Positions 56,566-64,000 of a DNA stretch of 64,000 nucleotides are shown in pieces. The notes under the pieces are model-generated. The model had not been told where the DNA came from, did no database searches, and was given only the letters and a program-made list of their open reading frames with translations. Position numbers and translations under genes: made by a program. The first letter of the stretch is position 1. Each line of letters opens with the position of its first letter. The stretch lies in sequence record OR496884.1. One strand, written 5' to 3'.

Positions 56566-58743
56566 TTACGGACCAGTAACCGGAGCCGGTTCCAGATCAA
56601 CTTCTAGTTTGTCATCTTGACCAGGCTGGCCACCAGAAACATCAGCAGTCAGGTTACCGGCAATCAGATGCTTGTTAACAGCAGCGATCAGACCTTCGTC
56701 ACCCAGCAGTTTGTCCATGTCTTCAACAACCATCTGACCAGCAACTGGACACAGATCGATGTGAGCATAAGACGGCTGAGAAATAACCATACGGTATTGA
56801 CGGTCAGCGGCAGCCACCAGACCTTCGATAACCAGCAGTTCCTTGGTCAAGCAAACACCCATACCACCAAAGATATCGATCTCACGATCAACAGTATGGG
56901 ACTTAGGTACAACCCACATTACACCAATTTCAGAATCGATGTTGGTTTCAACAACCTTGAACTTGATGTTCTCACCAAAGGTACGGTAATCACCAGTGGT
57001 CATCAGGAACGGAGCCAAGCAAGCGTGAGCCACAACTACGTACTCTTCTTCGCGTTGATCCAGCTCTTTCAGCGCGGAGATGTTAGAACGGACACGCAGA
57101 GCAGTGATGATGTCATAGATCTTGTTAACCAGAGCTGCTTCAATGTTGTCACGGGTATCTTTGGAATCCAGAGTGCTGACTTCATCGATCAGGTTAATGC
57201 TGGTCTTGACAGCAGTGGTGGTCATGAAATGCTGACCCGGCAGAACAGATGCAGAATCATCGTTGATGTTAACGATACGAGCACCGTTGTTATCATACAG
57301 ATTCTGGAAATGACGACGAGCTGCTTTGAAGGTATCATGGGTCATATTACGAGTAATCATGACATCCATTTGTTTAACCAACATTGCCAGTACATCGGCA
57401 TTGTTATCATCATCCAACATCGGGTAACGAACAGAGATCGGGTTACGCTTGTGGATGCTGTATGGTTTCAGGGTGTTGGCCATAACAACAGTGGTACCAT
57501 AACGGCTACGGTTTACGTTGTTGTGGTTCATATCAAGTTTGATACCAACAATCTCAGCTTCCAGTACTTGAGCCTTAACCAGAGCTTGAATATCAGCAGG
57601 CATGGACGGGGTATCCGGAACCATTTTAACACCGTCTTTCATTACATATGCAATGGAGACAGGACCAACGGTAGGTGCCCAAGCACGGGTAGAACGATGA
57701 TAAGTGGCTGAAAATTCAAACTGCAGATAAACCTTCAGACCAGCAGCAGTCAGAGAAGTAAATGCAGTAGTTGGAACACCCAGTTTGTCTTTAAAGTTAG
57801 CAACATCCAGACCATTGATCGGGAAGTACATCTGACGTTTTTCGTCGGAGGTAGTGCCGTTACTTGGACGCATAGCACGACCAGACATGGTACGGGTATC
57901 CAAGGCATAATAACCAACTTCAGTCTTATCCTTGGACTTCATAGAGAACAGGATGGAATCCAGAGCAATAGAGCTAGACTCAATTTCATCGTTCTGTTCA
58001 AAACGTGGAGCACCAGGAGCTTGGCACAGGCTCATCAAGTTATTGGCTTTACGGAGAGCCAAATAGTTGGTTTTATGGGCTTCACGATTCAACAGGTCGC
58101 TAGGACCGTAACTATGTTCTTGAGCCGGCCAAATAGAAGGATTGATAAATGCTTCGTTGTTAGCATTAGCTGCATCGTCCGGGAATACCGGAACCAGTTT
58201 CAGATCATCACCTTGGTTGAACTTGGAATCAGACAGAACAGCAGCGATCGGGCGCAGATCTTCGAAAGATTCGTTCACATTACCAGACAGGTTATATGCA
58301 CCAACGCCAGCAATATCAACTGGGAGTACAACAGTATCCTGATCGTAAGGAATTACGACTGAAGGATACAGCGCTTCACCAGCGACCCACTGACGGCTAC
58401 TACGAGCGTTCAGTTCAACAGTGGCTGCTTTCTGACGTTGAACGTCACCGGCTTCCAAAGATTGAGAGAAAGATTCCAGACCGGAAGCTTTCATGAAATC
58501 ACCCAGAGCTTTGGCGCGTTTGTTAAAGTTAGTGTCCTTTACAGAATCAATAACAGCTTTAGCGCCAGCAGCACGGATGGGACTGAATTTATCAGTACGC
58601 ATATTTGCAGTTAGAGATTCATTACCGGCAATACCGGCCCAGATATTTTCGGGGTTAAAAGAAATAGTGCTCAGGTTCCCCATGATGGCCTTCAGGCCAG
58701 CGCCCTGGCGACCAGAACCTTTTACAGAAAAATTAGTGGACAT
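56566..58743 (-). CDS. Major capsid protein (phiKZ-type)
   Basis: 725 aa; EALYPSVVIP, SQPSYAHIDLCPV; strongly biased GC-richer codons; G-x-E sites (AGNES, SGLES) in the N-terminal propeptide; located between helicase and RNAP subunit. Confidence 0.88.
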   Translation of the reverse strand: MSTNFSVKGSGRQGAGLKAIMGNLSTISFNPENIWAGIAGNESLTANMRTDKFSPIRAAGAKAVIDSVKDTNFNKRAKALGDFMKASGLESFSQSLEAGDVQRQKAATVELNARSSRQWVAGEALYPSVVIPYDQDTVVLPVDIAGVGAYNLSGNVNESFEDLRPIAAVLSDSKFNQGDDLKLVPVFPDDAANANNEAFINPSIWPAQEHSYGPSDLLNREAHKTNYLALRKANNLMSLCQAPGAPRFEQNDEIESSSIALDSILFSMKSKDKTEVGYYALDTRTMSGRAMRPSNGTTSDEKRQMYFPINGLDVANFKDKLGVPTTAFTSLTAAGLKVYLQFEFSATYHRSTRAWAPTVGPVSIAYVMKDGVKMVPDTPSMPADIQALVKAQVLEAEIVGIKLDMNHNNVNRSRYGTTVVMANTLKPYSIHKRNPISVRYPMLDDDNNADVLAMLVKQMDVMITRNMTHDTFKAARRHFQNLYDNNGARIVNINDDSASVLPGQHFMTTTAVKTSINLIDEVSTLDSKDTRDNIEAALVNKIYDIITALRVRSNISALKELDQREEEYVVVAHACLAPFLMTTGDYRTFGENIKFKVVETNIDSEIGVMWVVPKSHTVDREIDIFGGMGVCLTKELLVIEGLVAAADRQYRMVISQPSYAHIDLCPVAGQMVVEDMDKLLGDEGLIAAVNKHLIAGNLTADVSGGQPGQDDKLEVDLEPAPVTGP

Positions 58744-58786
58744 ACGTATAATCCTTGAAATTAAACATGAAACGGAAATGTAAAGA

Positions 58787-58827
58787 AAACAAATATATTT
58801 GTTTGCGTAACGTTATTTCCACGCATA
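58787..58827 (-). promoter_or_regulatory. Capsid leader: candidate TATG late promoter plus 18-bp perfect palindrome
   Basis: TATG at 58824-58827 (- strand); aaacaaatatatttgttt at 58787-58804. Confidence 0.4.
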
Positions 58828-58865
58828 ACATTCTGTATACGTGATAATGATTGATCGCAAAGTAT

Positions 58866-59417
58866 TTACGCGACTACTTTGGATAAAACAAACCCAGCGT
58901 CAATATATCCACGTTCTCTTACTGTTTGGGTGAGTAATTTTTCTTCTTTATGGTAAAAGCCAAAACTACCAACCGTGTTCAGTATTGCTCGATAAATGGA
59001 AAGAGACAGATTACCTTGTGAAATAGTGAACTTATCACTCATCACAGTATTATCAGAGTGCATAATAAATAGCAAACCATTGAACATGTAATAGCTACAA
59101 AATTTACCAGGTTTTGTTTTTTGATTTGTATTTAGTACACTTTGATATTTTGCTTTGTAAACAGTACCTTGACGATTAATTGGTCCGTTTGGATTATCAC
59201 TGGGATTGTCATAAGTTGTATTACAAAAACCACAGTATTGTTTTTCCATGGAACGTTGGTATTCTAACCATTCAAGACAGTCTTCATCACTGACCTCTTT
59301 GAAAGAGGGTAGAGAAAGAATATCTTTTAATTCCAGCTTATACGCTTTCAATAAATCAAGATGTTCTTTTTTAAGAAAGACCAGTTTGATTTCTTTATCG
59401 CCTAATTTTATTTTCAT
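58866..59417 (-). CDS. Hypothetical protein
   Basis: About 183 aa from ATG 59417 (TTG 59429 also possible). Confidence 0.6.
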   Translation of the reverse strand: MKIKLGDKEIKLVFLKKEHLDLLKAYKLELKDILSLPSFKEVSDEDCLEWLEYQRSMEKQYCGFCNTTYDNPSDNPNGPINRQGTVYKAKYQSVLNTNQKTKPGKFCSYYMFNGLLFIMHSDNTVMSDKFTISQGNLSLSIYRAILNTVGSFGFYHKEEKLLTQTVRERGYIDAGFVLSKVVA

Positions 59418-59446
59418 TTTGTTAACCAAATTTTAGTTAAAGGAGC

Positions 59447-60988
59447 ATGTCTATGAATAACCTCATTCGCCTTGTTAAATTGGCCACAATAATGTTTCAA
59501 GCATTTCGGCTAAAAGACAAGGACATGATGGATGAAATTTTGTTGCTTTCAGAATCTGTTCCTAAAAGCAAAGAAAATATTGTCGCTCAAGATAAAAAGG
59601 TAGAGCTTCTTTTACGTAAACTGTTGACTTGGATTAGGGAAACACCCAGTGACTCTAACATCATAACATCTTTGGCAACTAGTAAGATTGCTGAGATCGT
59701 TAAACTAGATCCTATCTTGGAACTTCCTCTTTCAAAAGTCTTTGATTTGTCCATAAAAGAAGAAGACAGCAGACAGCTTATCTTCCAAATTATTAAAGAG
59801 TTGCGTCAACAAGATGAGAAGTCAGGATTTAATCTCCAATTTAAAAGTATGGTTAGACCTTTTATGTTTGATGGTGAGGAAGATCTTACCACCGAAGATT
59901 GGGTTAAACTATCAGAATTGATTGCTGCTAAAATTCAAAGTAACGGAAGTAAATTTGATAGGGCTGTAGTTGAAAAGGCAGGGACAGATTCTCCAGAATC
60001 AATTGCTTCTCTAATTGATCAACTTAAAATTGAAAGTTCTCCGGAAGGTATAATTAAACTAGGGCTTGCTGGGATCAACAATGCATTGGGTCCTGACTTT
60101 GGTTTGAAGCGCGGATTGTTTTATATGTTAGAAGCATTAACAAACCGTGGTAAATCATTTTCACTTGCTCATGTCGTTGCCAGTATCCCACTTTATAATA
60201 AACCAGTACTAAGGGATAAAAGTAAGATTCCTACTGTGTTGTTGATGAGTGCGGAAGATTCACTTGGTTTGATTTTTAAACGGATGTACGAGTTATTTGG
60301 TACTGCTAAAACAGGAACTAAGCCTAATTTCTTTGAAGCAACCACTAATGAAGTTGTTAACACAATTGTTAATACCTTTAATGAAAATGGCTGGAATTTT
60401 ATATTCTATCGTGTTAACCCAAGTCATGATAATATTTATGAAATCATGCACCGCATCCGTGACCTGGAACTTAAAGGTCATGAAATTATATTTACCGCAT
60501 ACGACTACTTGGCGATGGCGGACCTTGAAGGGACAATGGGTGAATCTCGTTCTGATAGATTGCAGGACTTGTACCGTCGTGCTAGAAACTTCTTTTGTTC
60601 ACGCGGTTCCATTTTTATGACCCCGCATCAACTTAACCCTGATGCTAAAAAGTTTATTCGTGAAACTGACGACGATTCTGAAATTTACTTTATTCGAGAT
60701 GTCGGCGGTAAATCAATGACGGAAGGTTCTACTAAGTTAACAAACGAATGTGACGGCGTAATTGGGATACATGTTGCAAAACTACAAAATAATGAAAGCT
60801 ACTTTACTTATTACGTAGGAAAGCTGCGCGGTGAAGGAGCAGCGGAATCAGAACGATTTGGTATTTATCCGCTTGATCCAACAAATGGGTTAGTACATGA
60901 TATTAATTTTGATAAATCAACTTATCGTAAATCATTAGCGCACAGAAGTATGGCCATGGGTGGCGGAGAAGATTTTGACGCAATGTAA
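59447..60988 (+). CDS. dnaB: DnaB-like replicative helicase
   Basis: Walker A ALTNRGKS, Walker B AYDYL, TPHQLN, ECDGVI, VGKLRG; AAGGAG RBS. Confidence 0.85.
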   Translation: MSMNNLIRLVKLATIMFQAFRLKDKDMMDEILLLSESVPKSKENIVAQDKKVELLLRKLLTWIRETPSDSNIITSLATSKIAEIVKLDPILELPLSKVFDLSIKEEDSRQLIFQIIKELRQQDEKSGFNLQFKSMVRPFMFDGEEDLTTEDWVKLSELIAAKIQSNGSKFDRAVVEKAGTDSPESIASLIDQLKIESSPEGIIKLGLAGINNALGPDFGLKRGLFYMLEALTNRGKSFSLAHVVASIPLYNKPVLRDKSKIPTVLLMSAEDSLGLIFKRMYELFGTAKTGTKPNFFEATTNEVVNTIVNTFNENGWNFIFYRVNPSHDNIYEIMHRIRDLELKGHEIIFTAYDYLAMADLEGTMGESRSDRLQDLYRRARNFFCSRGSIFMTPHQLNPDAKKFIRETDDDSEIYFIRDVGGKSMTEGSTKLTNECDGVIGIHVAKLQNNESYFTYYVGKLRGEGAAESERFGIYPLDPTNGLVHDINFDKSTYRKSLAHRSMAMGGGEDFDAM

Positions 60989-60999
60989 ATAACATAATA

Positions 61000-61033
61000 A
61001 CCTCTACCTACTCCTTGTGGAGTAGGTAGAGGT
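61000..61033. terminator. 15-bp bidirectional hairpin
   Basis: acctctacctactcc-ttgt-ggagtaggtagaggt. Confidence 0.8.
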
Positions 61034-61040
61034 AACTTGT

Positions 61041-62387
61041 TTATGTTGTTTTATATTTTTCTTGTCGTTTCAAAAACAAACTTAATACACAGGTTCTTTT
61101 TAATAACGGTCTTAAATCTCCATTGACTGGTAAGTAGTCTTGTCGATATCCGACAAGAATTCCTTTACGAATAATCAATGTGTCATTTGGACCGATATAT
61201 TGATACCGAACAGGATGACCTGGCTCAAGATATCCAACATCCCCGTTATGCCATTCTATTTGTACTATCTCACCTTCATTAATTGAATTCTGAGATAAAG
61301 CAGCACATAGGTTTCCAGTTGGGTTTGAATCGATCGGGATGTATTCATTACCATCACCTCTTGAAGAGAGTTTAAACTCTTGCAAGGTATCTGCCCTGGT
61401 AATAACCGCTCTACCCTTTTCGTAATGTGTTCCTGTCTCACCTGACACTGCTGTTCCCAAGACAACACGTTTACCTACCCCCGCGTTTTGTTTACGGATA
61501 TCGGCATTATCATCATGACTTGATTGCCCAGTGGCAATAATGGTCATCGAAACATCAGAACGATAAAACGTGTAATCTAAGGTAGGAATTTTATCTTGAG
61601 GAACTTTAATGATATCAACAGGTCTGTGGTGAGTTTCGCATAACGTAGTGTTATACAACGGATAAACCCACCAATAATTTTGTTTGTAAAATGCACCGAG
61701 TCCTTTTGAATAAATTCCGTACTCATTTTGGGTTTGCAAATATTTGGGGACGTCAATTAACCTTGTCCCTTCCGGTATTAAAATTTGATTATAGTTATTA
61801 ACATTATCAAAAGGTTCATGAATATAAAGTCCTTTGTAAGGAGGACAATCTCTCATATCCACTTTTTTACTGTAATAATCCATTACTAATTTTAATACAT
61901 TACCGGGATTATTCATTAATAAGTTTTCACTTATTTGAACGTTTCTTAATTTAGAGAAACCTTTATCCATTAATTGAAATTCGTATTCCGCTAATGCAAC
62001 GTTATCAAACCCCTTCATGTTCCCGACATTAGACAACTGACCTTCTGTTCGAAGATCTCGATCATTAGTCGGGATAACAACAAACTCTCTGATCAATCGC
62101 TCCGACTCTGTATCCGCAATGACTTGTATTGTTAAGTTATCTCGGTACGGGATAATCTCATCAAAATAAACACTGGGTTGGAGTTTTAACTTAATGCCTA
62201 TCTTTTCTGATCTAGCATTAATCATATCGGCTATCTCAGTAAAGTGTGTTACGCCAAGTACGTTAATTTGTTTTTTAGGTGTAATAATAACGGCGTTTAG
62301 CGCAATTGATACAGATAGATTAACTTTGTGTTTGTCTGTTAATCTAGCTTGCTTTAAGAACCCCTTTATTTGCGCTTCTAAGCTCAT
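61041..62387 (-). CDS. Probable virion structural (baseplate hub-like) protein
   Basis: 448 aa; YLQ..YGIY..GLGAFY, WHNGDVGYLEPGHPVRY. Confidence 0.6.
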   Translation of the reverse strand: MSLEAQIKGFLKQARLTDKHKVNLSVSIALNAVIITPKKQINVLGVTHFTEIADMINARSEKIGIKLKLQPSVYFDEIIPYRDNLTIQVIADTESERLIREFVVIPTNDRDLRTEGQLSNVGNMKGFDNVALAEYEFQLMDKGFSKLRNVQISENLLMNNPGNVLKLVMDYYSKKVDMRDCPPYKGLYIHEPFDNVNNYNQILIPEGTRLIDVPKYLQTQNEYGIYSKGLGAFYKQNYWWVYPLYNTTLCETHHRPVDIIKVPQDKIPTLDYTFYRSDVSMTIIATGQSSHDDNADIRKQNAGVGKRVVLGTAVSGETGTHYEKGRAVITRADTLQEFKLSSRGDGNEYIPIDSNPTGNLCAALSQNSINEGEIVQIEWHNGDVGYLEPGHPVRYQYIGPNDTLIIRKGILVGYRQDYLPVNGDLRPLLKRTCVLSLFLKRQEKYKTT

Positions 62388-62390
62388 TTG

Positions 62391-63059
62391 TTAATCCCCT
62401 AGTCCGAATGGGTTAGTAGAGGAGAACATGTCCTCCATTGTGACCGGAGGACCTTTTACAGCAACAGGTTCATGGTAGAGACCGCTTTCAGCTTCTTTGA
62501 ATATTCCTAGGTGCGAAATAAAAGAAGGACCTTCTCGTGTATCGTGTCCATACATCCAAGTCGTTGTTAATGCATCCAAAAGCACAAGTTCTTTATTGCT
62601 AGAAACGCCGCACTTTTTGTTTACTTGTTGCATTTGATATTCACGATACCAACCAAATATGTATTTGGCTATTTTTTCCAAGATTTCTAGTTCTTGCATC
62701 TTGGGTCGGTCAAACCAAGGAAGTTTTCCCATGACCTCACACCAAGTAGAAATATATTCTTGAATATTTGTATACATAGGGATAATGTCTTTTGAAGGAT
62801 ATCTAAACGAAAATCCTGCATTGTCTCCCATGTGCAAAAACATATCGCAAAGCCTAGCTATTGTAGTAGGTCGTTCAACTACCTTCCCAAACATTTCCAA
62901 TCCATTGATAGGAGGATATTTTTCCATTTGTTTGATTTGCTCAAAACTTAAGAAAAATTGTCTTGGGGCAAAAATATGAAATGTCTTGTTGCTAATGTAA
63001 TGATGAAGCGTCACCAGACGCTCCCTATTGTACATATAACGTTCTACATCCATTGTCAA
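62391..63059 (-). CDS. Hypothetical protein
   Basis: 222-aa ORF, 3-nt gap to the next gene. Confidence 0.6.
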   Translation of the reverse strand: MTMDVERYMYNRERLVTLHHYISNKTFHIFAPRQFFLSFEQIKQMEKYPPINGLEMFGKVVERPTTIARLCDMFLHMGDNAGFSFRYPSKDIIPMYTNIQEYISTWCEVMGKLPWFDRPKMQELEILEKIAKYIFGWYREYQMQQVNKKCGVSSNKELVLLDALTTTWMYGHDTREGPSFISHLGIFKEAESGLYHEPVAVKGPPVTMEDMFSSTNPFGLGD

Positions 63060-63068
63060 TACCTTTTA

Positions 63069-64000
63069 TCACGTATAGAAAGAATTCTCTACCAGAGCGT
63101 GTTTAATCGCTCCTAGATAGATTCCTCCCATATAGAGCTTTTGAATATCGGTTAGATTCCAATAGTTCTCAACGACTTTCAATATTTCAGCTTTGTCCGC
63201 TGTCTTATCTCGCCAAACTTTCCAAATAAATTGCTCCAATTCATTTCCTTGACCGTCGTAAAACTCATCGGTAAAGAAATATGAATAAGACCTACCTGGT
63301 TCAGTTGGAACAACAGGTGTTGGACCAATAGGGAACAATGAACCGCTATTACGATACGCTTTTGGATTTGCTGATTGTTTATGAACAACGATGCAGCGAT
63401 CCATTTTGGAAAAGAATATTCCACCGTACGTTTTTGTGTTTAACATCTCACCGCGGTAGTGTTCGAAATATTCCTGTTTATATCGTTCTGGATGATTAAA
63501 CCCGTTTCGATAAAACATATCCCAAATAGTAATTGGTTCTTGCATTTTTAAACTGTCAACTTGATAATTGCAGTTTAATAGTTTAATGGGTTTTCTCATT
63601 CCAGTTAATTTAGACGGAATGGTATAACTTAAAAACTTGGCAAGATAAGGGTCATAAAGACGATCGTTCTTTTCATTAGGAATGATGATAGTTTCTTCTT
63701 CATTGTAATAATGATTCCCTAAAATATCATCTATCATCGCCAACCTAACAGAGTAAAGTTCGTTGTTAAGATCTTTATCTGTTTTTGTTAGTATTGCGTT
63801 ACCACCGGCTAATAAAATATCTTTTTGATAATACAGTTCCTCAATAACTTTAGCGTTGAGATTCTGCATGATCTGTTCGGTGACAATGGCAAGTAAACGC
63901 GCTTCAAACTGGTAACATTTATCAGCATGATACGTTTTTTCTTCCGGCTGTTCAAATACCGTATAAAGACCAGCCCTTCCGTCTCCGATGTCTTTAATGA
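63069..64000 (-). CDS. Probable virion structural protein, 5'-truncated by the window edge
   Basis: The frame of 63069..63869 stays open to the window end (IKDIGDGRAGLYTVFE...QIM-QNL). Confidence 0.65.
   Translation of the reverse strand, partial: IKDIGDGRAGLYTVFEQPEEKTYHADKCYQFEARLLAIVTEQIMQNLNAKVIEELYYQKDILLAGGNAILTKTDKDLNNELYSVRLAMIDDILGNHYYNEEETIIIPNEKNDRLYDPYLAKFLSYTIPSKLTGMRKPIKLLNCNYQVDSLKMQEPITIWDMFYRNGFNHPERYKQEYFEHYRGEMLNTKTYGGIFFSKMDRCIVVHKQSANPKAYRNSGSLFPIGPTPVVPTEPGRSYSYFFTDEFYDGQGNELEQFIWKVWRDKTADKAEILKVVENYWNLTDIQKLYMGGIYLGAIKHALVENSFYT

Noticed and set aside
56617-57711. 364-aa + strand ORF opposite the capsid gene
   Set aside because: Antisense shadow expected from the capsid gene's strong codon bias; no RBS or recognisable motifs.
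20768-60988. Introns or inteins in ligase, SbcC, RNAP subunit or helicase
   Set aside because: ORFs are continuous and of ordinary length; no homing-endonuclease or splice motifs seen.
3-61033. Palindromes as a CRISPR array or IS ends
   Set aside because: They are dispersed, single and non-identical, with no spacers, cas genes or transposase.
1-64000. Alternative genetic code, tRNA or rRNA genes
   Set aside because: Standard code gives long, densely packed ORFs; no cloverleaf or rRNA-like segment was recognised in the short intergenic gaps.

Overview
AT-rich, gene-dense segment of a phiKZ-related (Chimalliviridae-like) jumbo myophage, most likely infecting a Gammaproteobacterium. The family call rests on recognisable motifs and on recalled gene order; no database search was run. 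From right to left the window holds: virion/baseplate genes, a DnaB-like helicase, the major capsid protein, a split non-virion RNA polymerase beta-type subunit, a probable portal, RuvC, a candidate spanin pair, four paralogous tail/baseplate genes, a central spike, SbcC, a signal-peptide lytic transglycosylase, NAD-dependent ligase, RNase HI, a lone QueC-like enzyme and a run of small accessory genes. It ends in an array of four tailspike/depolymerase genes that share one N-terminal anchor, plus a 29-codon remnant of a fifth that the ORF track misses. The most striking unexplained signal is a ~29-aa motif (R-x-ILDI-xx-NN-x-WPR-x-DG-x-TD...P-x-P) present three times across two giant tail proteins; it may be a docking peptide for the anchored tailspikes (hypothesis). 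Other notable items: a family of long intergenic palindromes, several with a shared CCCA-N(1-2)-TGGG apex; an ATATTAY promoter family; a GC-rich glycine-zipper gene; and a stand-alone mini transcription unit. No tRNA, rRNA, CRISPR array, integrase, intron or intein was seen.
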